From Opitutia bacterium (GTDB taxonomy: Bacteria > Verrucomicrobiota > Verrucomicrobiia > Opitutales > T3Sed10-336): DNA of 64,000 nt. Position 1 is the first letter of the stretch. Each line of letters starts with the position of its first letter. The DNA lies in contig JBJHCF010000028.1 of assembly GCA_050506795.1 (NCBI GenBank), positions 1 through 64,000 of the forward strand, written 5' to 3'. Of the stretch, positions 41,801 through 51,565 are shown piece after piece. The notes beneath the pieces were generated by a model that worked only from the letters and a program-made list of their open reading frames with translations, was not told the DNA's origin and did not search any database. A program made the translations under genes and the position numbers.

Positions 41801-44131
41801 GGTGTGCGTGACATCGACCGTGACGCCGTACCCCCCATGCCCACCGAGTGAGTGCTCGGCGTCATGACGCAACCACTTGAAACCATCCGGCTGCTCGCGA
41901 TTAAAAAGCGCGTACATGTTATTGGGACGACCGAGAAACCCGATCGAAACGGGACTGTCGGGATCTGCCGTGTAGTAGAAAAGCAATGCCATCACCGAAA
42001 GGTTCTCCTCATCCAGGTACACCGGAAACTCGGGATTAATGCTGCCATCCGGATTCATGCCTTTTACACGCCAGTAATTATCCGCGAAGGCTCCGGTAAA
42101 ACCTTGATTCATCGCAATATCATGAAACGCATGCCAGGCCTCAAAAGTTCCGCTGTTCGCGTCCGTCACATACCCCGGCTGGCTGGTCTTGATGACATCC
42201 CAATCGTCACTGTCACCTCCCAGATACGTTGCCGCGTAATCGGACTCCGCTCTCTCCTGGGTCTGGTAGAGTCCCCAGTATTGCCCATTTAAATACAAAT
42301 GATAAAACCGGCTGCGGGTGTACGGAACCCCCATATCCCGCTGGGAATCCCGTGAAAAGACATCCCGCAAAAAAGTGTTCCTGCTGCTGTTTTGGAACGC
42401 CCAGGAGTAGTTCTGGGCCGTTCTCAGGTCGACCTTGTCGAAATGATCCGCTCCCTCATCGCCAAACAACGGAAAGTGAAGCTGACTCTCCCCGTAGGCC
42501 GAGCGAAACAGCAACCGAAACGAATGTTTCGGATTGTCGATGCTTCGACTGAATCCCCCGCGGATACGCAAACCGGCATCGATCTGAAATTCCTTCGCGG
42601 ACCCGTGGATCGGGTCGATCAATTCGACCGATACCGGGCGCTCCTGGCCGACATGCCCCGGGTTGACATAAATCCCCGTCTCGGCATCGAACAAATGTCG
42701 CAAATCGGTGACCAGGGAGATGGACGGAATAGCGGTCATGCCCGCACGAAGGCGATCGGGATCCCCGGTCACAATCGCGGACGACATGCCGTATTCCATG
42801 CGCTTGTTGTTGACCTGTCGATCATTCGGCCATCCCTCGGGAGTGCTCGCATCCTGCAAAAGGACGTCCTCCAGAAAAATCCAGGTGGCGGTCGTCGGCG
42901 GCAACCGCATCATCCCCTCTTCCCTGACGGCCGCCCTCAGCGTCGTAGTCTGCGAAATCAGGAGCGGATCAGTGTAAACGGGTGAATCGAAATCGGGTTC
43001 GCTTCCGTCCAGGGTGTACCGGATCGTCGACGCGGGCTCGGAAGAAGTGAGCGTCACATGAAACGGCTCGGTCCTGAAACCTCTTGGTTCGCTGATCGAG
43101 ACGGAGGGAGGAAACGTGACAGACGGAGTGTTGTTCGCCGATCCGGGCGTCGGCTGGTCAAAGTAAAACCAATCCGGGCCGCTATCCGGCTGCCGGCCAT
43201 AGGAAACGTCGCGCGGTATGTACACCGGCGGGAAGTAATCGGCGATTTCACCGTTCGGGTGCGTGAGGACCAGCTCTTCACCGGCCGAGGCGATGCGAAA
43301 GTTGGTGTGGATTTCATTGGATTCAATGCGAAAATGCTGAGCCGGAATAGGGCCTTCAAAGGCTCCGTCCGGCCGTTGCCAGGCAACCGCCAGATTATCT
43401 CCGCCGCCATGCTCTTTCATGAGGGCGGCGATGAAATAAGGCTGGTCCGCCACCAAATGGATCGGACCCGACTCCTGACTCGCGAATCTGTCCCATTCCC
43501 GAGGTGGAGTCCAATCCGGCACCGAAGCAATCAGGAGGGCGTTCTCCGGGTTTTCATCGCTACTGAGATGCAACTCGCCATTGTCATCACTGGCGATCCA
43601 GAAACGATAAATCCCTGTCTCCGGGGGCACCAATAACGCACTCATTCGTTGTCCGTATTGATCCGCGATATCGATCGGCGCCTCGAAAAAATCGGTCACC
43701 AGGTTTCGGGAGGTCGGGTTGTGCGGAAAATCAGGGTGATCGGTCAGGTTGGAAATGCTGGTACCGGAGATACCCATCCAAACTTCACGGAGGATACCAG
43801 CCTGTTCGCCCGAAGGCTCCCGGTCCTTACCCGACGCCCAGACCAGCAAATACTCCCCCGCCCCGATCACCGTTCCTTCAGGAAAGGTCCATTTGAAGGC
43901 GTTGCTCGCGTTGTCCGAGAGCCCCCATCCGGTCAGATCGACGGCCTCCTGGCCTTCGTTATACAACTCGATCCAGTCCTCAAAATCACCGTCCTCGTCC
44001 GCCAGCGTGACACCGTTTGATGCCATGACCTCGTTCACCCGAACCTGTGCAAAGGCGGCCAAGGGGAAGATTGTCAGCATCCAGAAAGAGAGACAAACCA
44101 GGACAACTGGAAAACGCGTGGATCCGTTCAT
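38855..44131 (-). CDS. Secreted lamin-tail/PA14/FN3-associated/CotH kinase-family multidomain protein
   Basis: VRVNEVMASN...DWIELYN (LTD); ASDDNGEL...KEHGGGDNLAVAW (PA14); IRYTLDGSEP; GLRIRGGFSR..KHSFRL, LYLNGQYWGLY, ESARWG (CotH); conserved C-terminal domain. Confidence 0.9.
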   Translation of the reverse strand: MNGSTRFPVVLVCLSFWMLTIFPLAAFAQVRVNEVMASNGVTLADEDGDFEDWIELYNEGQEAVDLTGWGLSDNASNAFKWTFPEGTVIGAGEYLLVWASGKDREPSGEQAGILREVWMGISGTSISNLTDHPDFPHNPTSRNLVTDFFEAPIDIADQYGQRMSALLVPPETGIYRFWIASDDNGELHLSSDENPENALLIASVPDWTPPREWDRFASQESGPIHLVADQPYFIAALMKEHGGGDNLAVAWQRPDGAFEGPIPAQHFRIESNEIHTNFRIASAGEELVLTHPNGEIADYFPPVYIPRDVSYGRQPDSGPDWFYFDQPTPGSANNTPSVTFPPSVSISEPRGFRTEPFHVTLTSSEPASTIRYTLDGSEPDFDSPVYTDPLLISQTTTLRAAVREEGMMRLPPTTATWIFLEDVLLQDASTPEGWPNDRQVNNKRMEYGMSSAIVTGDPDRLRAGMTAIPSISLVTDLRHLFDAETGIYVNPGHVGQERPVSVELIDPIHGSAKEFQIDAGLRIRGGFSRSIDNPKHSFRLLFRSAYGESQLHFPLFGDEGADHFDKVDLRTAQNYSWAFQNSSRNTFLRDVFSRDSQRDMGVPYTRSRFYHLYLNGQYWGLYQTQERAESDYAATYLGGDSDDWDVIKTSQPGYVTDANSGTFEAWHAFHDIAMNQGFTGAFADNYWRVKGMNPDGSINPEFPVYLDEENLSVMALLFYYTADPDSPVSIGFLGRPNNMYALFNREQPDGFKWLRHDAEHSLGGHGGYGVTVDVTHTTVDWTEQHRFNPITLHTRLIEHPEYRMQFADFVQRHLFGEGALAPDSAQERVLARMAEIDLAIIGESARWGRGRTRDGHWIPAANEVLNFLAQRRNILINQFQNRGWFPSITAPRLRAEDRAVRIGAETAFYYTTDGTDPRLPGGGINPAAILVQPPENGSQAVRLIDRGATWRYFDLGMQPNDQGSSTWRDPDFDDHDWEQGPAILGFAGAPTQNPVSTVTRRYVSGTSGPQVTTTYFRHTFSADDPGEIDELVFDLLRDDGAVVYLNGVELFRSNMPPGEPTYDTFASSVVASPAQNTYFTYNVPLGHLLEAGSNVLAVEIHQVNSTSSDIYFDLSLDSRGDAVSVGLPLARSDVIVARAFHDSEWSAKVELDADDLLPPGVTLHEWDFESETDMLEPSFTLGGGALTIAPGPDTEVLANTGGDFETQHLRVNNPLGATVTFALPTTGYNTVTLDFLTRRSGQGAGEQTLSFTTDGVSWTEAATYAVFNDIPQAQSFDFGGIAGVADNPDFAVKIEFGQGEGGTEGNNRFDDVIVRGLPLPGTNLPPVVNEETAPEFLVLTAGAEPIVFDLNDWFTDPEGDALAFTVATTGSDGVVAGLDGAELSVTGQRTGGWSISVGASDGTNPTIEWEVRFLIYPAPFVLDGANYRFQFWAANNPADVFPANMIFLQSDESDPMLTSDLAYAYHIPAADAARAEDVAFPYAAESRSRINGLEENGIAFINTGRGRDVGAALLALDTTGVSDIDVSWTGETLLPNSRIYGIRLQYRIGTTGAWTDVFDEGEPVEYVRSESAGDTATFGPIRLPSELEEHSLVQLQWRYHHIGVTSGPRTQLRLDDIVITSSGAPAGYAGWVGDHFDTTLAADPAFSGPGAAPFGDGVSNLLKYALGAGPNDRLGPEQLEQGKAADNRLFIRFYRNPELTDIAYRIEASTDLIDWSDLLFDSDDYSGENSDGEMHEVYLSIDDHPRRFLRLLVIGPIL

Positions 44132-44367
44132 ATCGCGTCATACTGTGACGATTCCCGCCATAACTCAAGACTCCAGAGTTTTCCGCGCACGAACGCCCCT
44201 GTCCGGCAAAAATCAGCTCCCCCCCCGGGAAGAAGCCGGCAGGTGGTTCTTTCCCGTACTGGAAAATTGTTTCTTAGCAATTCTAATTGATTGGTTTGAA
44301 ATATTAGGCTTGAATGCTTGCCATATTAGACTTGATTGTCTATCCGCACATTCAGTACAATCCCCCA

Positions 44368-45777
44368 ATGAACGCCCGCACAGGTCCCACGGCAGAACTC
44401 GTCAATCGGCGCGGGTTCATCAAAAGAACTGCCGCGGCAATGGCTCTCCCCCTTGTTCTGCCGTACTCCGCCTACGGAGCCAACAGCCGGGTCAACCTCG
44501 CCTGGATCGGAATGGGACAACGCGGCAACACGGTTCTGGGTGGAGTTTCGCCGAATTTGGCAGACGTCGTCGCCATATGTGACATCGATGAGAAACACAG
44601 GGATGAAGCGCGGCAGCGGTATCCCAAAGCCAGATACTACGACGACTTTCGCGTAATGCTGGAAGAAGTCGGCGATGCGATTGACGCGGTCGGAATCGCC
44701 ACCCCCGACCACACACATTTCGCCCCCGCTTACATGGCGATGGCCATGGGCAAGCATGTTTTCCTTGAGAAACCCTTGACCCACACGATTTGGGAAGCGC
44801 GGACTTTGATGGATCTGGCCAATGACCGGGGCGTGAAAACCCAGATGGGCAACCAGGGCCACGCAACCGAGGGTATCCGGCTTGTCAAAGAATGGTATCA
44901 GGCCGGCCTGATCGGGGATGTTACCGAAATTATTGCGTGGACCAACCGCCCGCACCAGGGATGGGGTTTTCGTCCGGGCACCAGGCATAAATACCCGAAG
45001 GCGGAGGATGTCCCACCGAGCCTGAATTGGGACCACTGGCTCGGGCCTGTGACCGAGGCGATCGCCTATAGCAGCGAATTTCATGTCCCGTTGCAGAGTC
45101 CTCGATTTTGGCGTCCCTGGTGGGCATTCGGTACCGGTGGACTTGGCGACATCGGAACCCACACGCTGGACACCCCGTTCTGGGCGATGGAACTGGGCAT
45201 GCCCAGGCGAATTGAGGTGGAGACGCAGGAAGAGCTCAACCCCATCCACAAGGTGGACGGATCGGTCGTGACCTATCATTTCGATGTTCCGAATGGGAAA
45301 CCGCCGGTCGAAATCAAGTGGTACGAAGGCCCAACATTGCCGAAACTTCCGGAAGGCTTTGATTTACCCGAATCGGCTGGAGATATGGACCGCGGAGGAG
45401 GACTTGTCATGGTCGGCCAGAAGGGCGTGATCGCCCACACCGGGATGCGCCCCTACTCCCCGCGCTTGTATCCCGACAAATACTGGGAGGAGTTTCGCGC
45501 GAATCCGGATTTGCAGCCACCCCGAACATTTCCACGGATTCGCGACGGGATAATCGGCGACTTTCTGAACGCCATTCGCGAGGGCGGCACGCCCACCTCC
45601 AACTTCGATTACGGCGCGCGGCTGACCGAGGCCATGCTGCTCGGCACCCTTGCAATTCGCACCGGCAAACCCATCGAATACGATTCCAAAAACATGCGCA
45701 TTCCCGAGAATCCGGAAGCGGAAGCGCTGCTGAAAGTGGACGTTCGCGATGGCTGGGATATTAAAAGCCTGACCTGA
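44368..45777 (+). CDS. Tat-exported Gfo/Idh/MocA oxidoreductase
   Basis: NRRGFIK; IGMGQRG; IATPDHTH; KHVFLEKPLT; QMGNQG; GGLGDIGTHTLD. Confidence 0.93.
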   Translation: MNARTGPTAELVNRRGFIKRTAAAMALPLVLPYSAYGANSRVNLAWIGMGQRGNTVLGGVSPNLADVVAICDIDEKHRDEARQRYPKARYYDDFRVMLEEVGDAIDAVGIATPDHTHFAPAYMAMAMGKHVFLEKPLTHTIWEARTLMDLANDRGVKTQMGNQGHATEGIRLVKEWYQAGLIGDVTEIIAWTNRPHQGWGFRPGTRHKYPKAEDVPPSLNWDHWLGPVTEAIAYSSEFHVPLQSPRFWRPWWAFGTGGLGDIGTHTLDTPFWAMELGMPRRIEVETQEELNPIHKVDGSVVTYHFDVPNGKPPVEIKWYEGPTLPKLPEGFDLPESAGDMDRGGGLVMVGQKGVIAHTGMRPYSPRLYPDKYWEEFRANPDLQPPRTFPRIRDGIIGDFLNAIREGGTPTSNFDYGARLTEAMLLGTLAIRTGKPIEYDSKNMRIPENPEAEALLKVDVRDGWDIKSLT

Positions 45778-45844
45778 ACGATGGCCAATCTCCAATCAAC
45801 CGCGCGGCGCGAATAATAAATCGTTTTGAAAGGAATAACCGATA

Positions 45845-47581
45845 ATGCGACTTAATCACCAGATAGTTAAGGGACTTTGTATTGGTTTGCTGCCGGCGGC
45901 TATGGCCGGTTCGGCATGGGCGAACAACATCCTGGAAGAGCGTCCGAACATCGTTCTGATCATGGTCGATGACATGGGCTTCAGCGACCTGGGCTCGTAC
46001 GGTTCGGAGATCAACACCCCAAACCTCGATGCGCTGGCCGAAAACGGGCTTCGCTACCGCACGTTTTATAACCAGGCCAGATGCATGCCGACACGAGCGG
46101 CCTTGCTGACCGGACGCTACCCGCATCAAACAGGTCTCGGTGAAATGGGGGGAGATCGGGGAGAAGAACATCCCGGCTACCGCGGAAACATAAATCACGA
46201 ATCGGTTACTCTGGCCGAGGTGCTTCGGCTCAATGGCTATCGCACCTACATGGCCGGCAAATGGCACCTGACAAATCGTGACCGGGCGGACGAGCCGATT
46301 GATAACAAGTTTAATTGGCCGCTTCAACGCGGGTTTGATCGTTATTTCGGAACGATTACCGGGGCGGGGAGTTTTTTCGGACCCCACACTTTGACCCAAG
46401 ACAACACGAACATCGATGGCGACCTCGAGTTTCCATGGGCACCGTGGTCGATTCCCCCTGACGTCGAACTTCCGGTAAGGGATGATGGTGAGTTTTACTA
46501 CACAGATGCGATCAATGAAACCAGCGCCCGGTTTATCCACGAGCATCAGCAGCACCATGGGAGCCGGCCCTTCTTTTTGTATGTGTCCCACACCGCCCCG
46601 CACTGGCCCCTGCACGCTCCCGAAGAGGATGTCGAGCCCTACCTGGAGACCTACAGGGAGGGATGGGACGAGGTGCGACAGCGCCGTTATGAGCGGATGA
46701 TTGAAATCGGGGTGATCAATCCTGCCTGGGAACTTTCGCCGCGGCCGGCCGCTTTACCTGCGTGGGACGATCTCAACCTTGAGGAGACGCCTGAGCAGGT
46801 CCGCGATGCGGTGGCGGCGCAGAATCTGGATCTGCGCGAGGAGCTGGCAAGGCGCATGGCGGTTCACGCGGCAATGGTGGAGCGGATGGACCGCGGAATC
46901 GCCGATATTGTCGAGGCGTTGCGTGAAACCGGACGCTTCGAGAACACCTTGATTCTGTTTCTCTCGGACAACGGCGCCGCCTCCGAATGGGGGACTTATG
47001 GCTTTGGTTGGCCTCGCCTGGAGAATAACGGCGCACTGACGGGGAGCGCACAATCCTATGCGAGTTTCGGGGTGGCGTGGGCTCATGTGAGCAATGCGCC
47101 GTTTCGTTTGTGGAAGACCTTCAATCACGAAGGGGGAGCGGCGACACCGTTCATCGCCCACTGGCCGGCCGGTATCGAAGCCAGGGGCGAATGGCGTGAT
47201 TTCACCGGACACATCATCGACATGATGCCGACGCTGCTGGAAGTGACCGGGGCGGTATACCCGACACAATACGGCGGGCATCAGATCCAACCTTACGAAG
47301 GCGTGTCTCTGGTCCCTACCTTCACCGATGACTCCCTCGCGCGCGAAGAGCCATTGTTTTTCGAACACCTTGGCCGCCGTGCCGTGCGGGACGGCAAATG
47401 GAAGCTGGTGACCAGTGAAACGGGAATTGATGGACGCTGGAAGCTTTACGACATGGACGCTGACCGCGTGGAAAGCACAGATCTCACTGATGCATACCCG
47501 GAACGGGCCGAAGAATTGGCCGAACAATGGCGGGAATGGGCTGAGCGGGCCAATGTCCTGCCGATGCTTCCCGATCAATAA
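45845..47581 (+). CDS. Arylsulfatase (S1 family, Cys-type)
   Basis: PNIVLIMVDDMG; ARCMPTRAALLTG (CxPxR); GKWHL; APHWPLHAP; SDNG. Confidence 0.95.
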   Translation: MRLNHQIVKGLCIGLLPAAMAGSAWANNILEERPNIVLIMVDDMGFSDLGSYGSEINTPNLDALAENGLRYRTFYNQARCMPTRAALLTGRYPHQTGLGEMGGDRGEEHPGYRGNINHESVTLAEVLRLNGYRTYMAGKWHLTNRDRADEPIDNKFNWPLQRGFDRYFGTITGAGSFFGPHTLTQDNTNIDGDLEFPWAPWSIPPDVELPVRDDGEFYYTDAINETSARFIHEHQQHHGSRPFFLYVSHTAPHWPLHAPEEDVEPYLETYREGWDEVRQRRYERMIEIGVINPAWELSPRPAALPAWDDLNLEETPEQVRDAVAAQNLDLREELARRMAVHAAMVERMDRGIADIVEALRETGRFENTLILFLSDNGAASEWGTYGFGWPRLENNGALTGSAQSYASFGVAWAHVSNAPFRLWKTFNHEGGAATPFIAHWPAGIEARGEWRDFTGHIIDMMPTLLEVTGAVYPTQYGGHQIQPYEGVSLVPTFTDDSLAREEPLFFEHLGRRAVRDGKWKLVTSETGIDGRWKLYDMDADRVESTDLTDAYPERAEELAEQWREWAERANVLPMLPDQ

Positions 47582-47646
47582 CTGAACCGAATTCAATCCG
47601 GGAAAGCTTCTGAGTGCCACCTCCCAGCGAACCAAAGGTCCGAATC

Positions 47647-49338
47647 ATGAGACGTCCGATCCACGCAATCCAGGAAGCCGTCATCCATAATCGTCCCAAT
47701 CGTCATGGCGTTCCAGTAAGTCCGGACCGTACCGCCCGAGCTGTGCTTCACGACCGAACCGCCACCGGCACACGGTTTGGCGGCGCCCTCATTCCCGCCG
47801 TCGGGTTGGCTCTTGCGGTTGGATTTGCTCCCCCCGCCGCTGCCGAAACCCCCGATCATCCCAACATCCTCTTCATATCTATCGACGATATGAACGACTG
47901 GATCGGTCCGCTGGCACGGGCTGGCAATCCCCTTGCCGAGACGCCGAGTCTGGACCGCCTTGCCGAGTGGGGCACGACCTTCACCAACGCCCACACGCCC
48001 GCTGCCGCCTGTCATCCGGCCCGCGTTGCGATCATGACCGGCGTCCATCCCGCCACGACAGGCATAATGACCAACGTTTTCCGCGACGAACCGGGGCCGT
48101 CCTGGCGCGAGCACCCCAGGCTCGAAAATGCGGTCACGCTGTCCCAGCACTTTCGCGATCACGGCTACTTCGCCGCCGGAGCCGGCAAGATCTACCACTC
48201 CCTTCAGTGGGGACCCTGGGACGAAAACGATCCGGACACATGGGATCTTTACCTCGACCCCGGCGATGGCAGCGGCCCCATTCCCCACCAGATCCGCGCT
48301 CCCGAAGAGGTTTACAATCCGCCCGAGTTCTTCGGCCGGCGGTATGGTTACTTCACATGGGGTCCGATCGACGCGGCCGACCACGAAATGTCCGACTACA
48401 AGGTCGTGGACTGGGCCATTGAGCAACTCCGGACACCGCGCGATCAGCCCCTGTTCCTGGGGGTCGGCATCTTTCGCCCGCACATGCCGTGGGAAGTGCC
48501 CACCCATTACTTTGACCTGTATCCGCTCGACGAAATCGAGCTCCCACCCTACCGCGAGGACGACCTGCTCGACGCGTGGAATCACGGCCGCAGAGGCTGG
48601 CATCAGTTTGTCGTCCAGAACGAGCAGTGGAAGCACGTTGTGCAATCGTATCTCGCCAGCATCACCTTTGCCGATGCGCAGGTGGGCCGCCTTCTCGATG
48701 CCATCGAAGCCGAGGGACTGCGCGACGACACCATTATTGTTCTCTGGTCGGACCACGGCATGCACATCGGCGAAAAAGACAATTGGGAAAAGTTCACGGT
48801 CTGGGAGCGCTCCACCCGTGTCCCGTTCTTCATCGCCGCCCCCGGCGTGAGCGAGCCTGGGAGCCGTTCGTCGCGACCGGTGAACCTTCTCGACACCTAT
48901 AAAACTCTCATCGACCTCGCCGGCCTGCCCCAGCCCCGGGACCACGAGCTCGAGGGGGAGTCGCTGCTGCCGTTCATCCGCGATCCGGCAAGCGATAAGG
49001 CCACACAGCCGGCCATCACCTCCTATCGCGATTTCCACGGCCTGCGCACCGACCATTTCCGCTACATCTGGTATCCCCACGGACTCGAAGAGCTCTACGA
49101 TCACCGCGTCGATCCCACCGAGTTTGAAAATCTCGCCTATGATCCGCAGTACCGGGAAATCCTCGATGAACACCGCGAGATGATGCGCGCCCACACCGGG
49201 GCCGACATCACCAACGGCGATCCGATCGTTCCGCCCGCATTCGAACTAATGCCGAATGACCGCTTGCGCCGCATCGAGTTCACGCCCATGTCCGAGCTCG
49301 TCAGACGCGCCCGGGCCGAGCGGGACGCCGGCGAATAG
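47647..49338 (+). CDS. Sulfatase (S1, choline/iduronate-2-sulfatase-like)
   Basis: PNILFISIDDMND; ACHPARVAIMTG; GKIYH; RPHMPW; SDHG; start uncertain. Confidence 0.92.
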   Translation: MRRPIHAIQEAVIHNRPNRHGVPVSPDRTARAVLHDRTATGTRFGGALIPAVGLALAVGFAPPAAAETPDHPNILFISIDDMNDWIGPLARAGNPLAETPSLDRLAEWGTTFTNAHTPAAACHPARVAIMTGVHPATTGIMTNVFRDEPGPSWREHPRLENAVTLSQHFRDHGYFAAGAGKIYHSLQWGPWDENDPDTWDLYLDPGDGSGPIPHQIRAPEEVYNPPEFFGRRYGYFTWGPIDAADHEMSDYKVVDWAIEQLRTPRDQPLFLGVGIFRPHMPWEVPTHYFDLYPLDEIELPPYREDDLLDAWNHGRRGWHQFVVQNEQWKHVVQSYLASITFADAQVGRLLDAIEAEGLRDDTIIVLWSDHGMHIGEKDNWEKFTVWERSTRVPFFIAAPGVSEPGSRSSRPVNLLDTYKTLIDLAGLPQPRDHELEGESLLPFIRDPASDKATQPAITSYRDFHGLRTDHFRYIWYPHGLEELYDHRVDPTEFENLAYDPQYREILDEHREMMRAHTGADITNGDPIVPPAFELMPNDRLRRIEFTPMSELVRRARAERDAGE

Positions 49339-49397
49339 AAGTGGCAAATGGGTTGGTATTGGCGTTTACATCAATGTCGAGAAATACAGAGGAAACA

Positions 49398-51449
49398 ATG
49401 AATAGCATAAGACCGCGACACGGATGGGTCGCATTCCGGGCAGTTTCTTTGGCGTTGTTCTTTTGCAGTGTAACGCCGGCATCGGCGGAGCGCGATTTTT
49501 TACAATATAACCGTCACCCTGGCCCCGACCTGGTGCCGGGTGTTGAGTTGTATGAGGTGAAACAGGAAGGAGAGGCGGCCCCTGCGTCCTACGAGCGCCG
49601 TGTGGTCGCGTGGTGGCCGAGAGAAGGCGTTCACACCTACCCCGAACGGGATGATATGCCGCTGCGCACATGGACGCTGAGAGAGCCCGAAGATTTCGAC
49701 GACCTTCCGGAACGTTTCGAAGCGCATCTCATTGGTTTCCGTGTCGTTCTTGCGCCCGAGGAGGCATTGCGCGATCTGGAGGAAGAAGGTGAAGAGTCGA
49801 CTGGCGCGGATTCCCCGATCACGGTCACTCGCGAATTGGTCATCGATCAGCCCTATCTCCACTTGCCCTTCGACGCCGACGCGCCGGGGCGCAGCATGCG
49901 CATCTACGACGGTGATCAGGTGGTACGCCGGGCTCAATGGCAACTGGCCGAGGGAGTGCCCGACTTCTGGCTCTACACCGAGGTGCGTGATTACATGGGC
50001 CGGACACTCAGGGTCGAAGTCGATGAACTGCCGCCCGACTCAACGGCATTGGAAGCCCTCACCCTGGCCGATACCGTGCCCGGCCAGGACGAGGACCTCT
50101 ACGAGGAAGCATACCGCCCTCAGTTCCACTTCACCGCCGCCCGCGGATGGCTCAACGATCCCAACGGGATGGTGTACTACGATGGTGAATACCACCTCTT
50201 TTTCCAGCACAACCCCTACAGTGTCAACTGGGGCAATATGACCTGGGGGCATGCCGTCAGCGAGGACATGATCCACTGGCGCCAGCAGGATGCCGCCATT
50301 CACCCCGACGAACTTGGGGCCATCTGGTCCGGCGGTGGCGTGGTCGATTTCGACAACACCACCGGATGGGCCACGGACGATCACGTCCCCATCATCGCCT
50401 TCTACACCTCGGCCGGCCAGCCGTTCACCCAGTCGATGGCCTACTCCACCGATCGCGGCCGGACGATGATCAAGTACGAAAACAACCCCATCATCGGGAA
50501 CATCGAAGGCAGTAACCGTGATCCCAATGTCTTTTGGCATGAGCCCAGCAGGCAATGGATCATGTCCCTCTGGATCAGCTCCGACCGCTTCGACCTGTTC
50601 GGTTCCGCCAACATGCGGGAATGGACGCCTCTCAGCGAGCTCGAGTTTCCCGGCGGCTACGAGTGCCCGGACATGTTCGAGTTGCCGGTCGATGGTGATC
50701 CGGACAACACGCGCTGGGTCTTCTGGGAAGGCGCCGGCAAGTACCTGATTGGCGGCTTCGACGGCAAGGTCTTCGAGCCCGAGAGCGAGGTGCTCCACAG
50801 CACTTTCGGCTCAAACGATTACGCCGCCCAGACCTTCACCAACATGCCCGAGGGTGATGATCGCCGCGTCCAAATATCCTGGATGCGCGGCGGAAACTTC
50901 CCCGGCATGCCGTTCAACCAGCAGATGACCGTTCCGCGCGAATTAACCCTTCGCACCACTTCCGAGGGCATCCGCCTCTTCATCGAGCCTGTCGAGGAAA
51001 TCAAGACCCTGCGCCAGGCAAAGCACCAGTGGGCCGGTCTGACAGTCGGCGATGACGATATCACGCTCGATGGCGTGGAAGGCGATCTGTTCGATATCGA
51101 AATCGAGTTCGACCTCGGCGATGCCCAGGCGGTCGGCCTCAAGATCCGCGACCGGCAGATCGAGTACGCGGTCGCCGGGGAGCAACTCACTTCCCTGGGC
51201 GACAATGCCCGGCTGCCGGCCGACGACAACCGCATCAGGCTGCGGATCCTCGTGGATCGCACCTCGGTGGAGGTTTTCGCCAACGACGGCCGGGTTCAGA
51301 TTGCCACCTCGTTCGTTCCCGATGAAAACATGCGGGATATCGCGGTATACGCCACCGGCGGACAGGCCGAGGTGATCTCGCTGAACGTGTGGGAGCTCCG
51401 CTCAATCTACGAGCAGATCGAGCCCTTTCAACATTCGAACAGTCGATAG
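49398..51449 (+). CDS. GH32 beta-fructosidase/levanase with N-terminal accessory region
   Basis: WLNDPNG, WGHAVS, RDP, ECP catalytic motifs; C-terminal LVDRTSVEVF beta-sandwich; signal peptide. Confidence 0.95.
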   Translation: MNSIRPRHGWVAFRAVSLALFFCSVTPASAERDFLQYNRHPGPDLVPGVELYEVKQEGEAAPASYERRVVAWWPREGVHTYPERDDMPLRTWTLREPEDFDDLPERFEAHLIGFRVVLAPEEALRDLEEEGEESTGADSPITVTRELVIDQPYLHLPFDADAPGRSMRIYDGDQVVRRAQWQLAEGVPDFWLYTEVRDYMGRTLRVEVDELPPDSTALEALTLADTVPGQDEDLYEEAYRPQFHFTAARGWLNDPNGMVYYDGEYHLFFQHNPYSVNWGNMTWGHAVSEDMIHWRQQDAAIHPDELGAIWSGGGVVDFDNTTGWATDDHVPIIAFYTSAGQPFTQSMAYSTDRGRTMIKYENNPIIGNIEGSNRDPNVFWHEPSRQWIMSLWISSDRFDLFGSANMREWTPLSELEFPGGYECPDMFELPVDGDPDNTRWVFWEGAGKYLIGGFDGKVFEPESEVLHSTFGSNDYAAQTFTNMPEGDDRRVQISWMRGGNFPGMPFNQQMTVPRELTLRTTSEGIRLFIEPVEEIKTLRQAKHQWAGLTVGDDDITLDGVEGDLFDIEIEFDLGDAQAVGLKIRDRQIEYAVAGEQLTSLGDNARLPADDNRIRLRILVDRTSVEVFANDGRVQIATSFVPDENMRDIAVYATGGQAEVISLNVWELRSIYEQIEPFQHSNSR

Positions 51450-51565
51450 GGCGATTCTCAAACACCGAAGAGAGAGAGGAACTAGAAACGCGGCTGCAGG
51501 GCATCAGTGATCGTAGGTTCCGATTGAAAACCTATCCAAATCCGCATGAAGCAACAACCAAGAGA

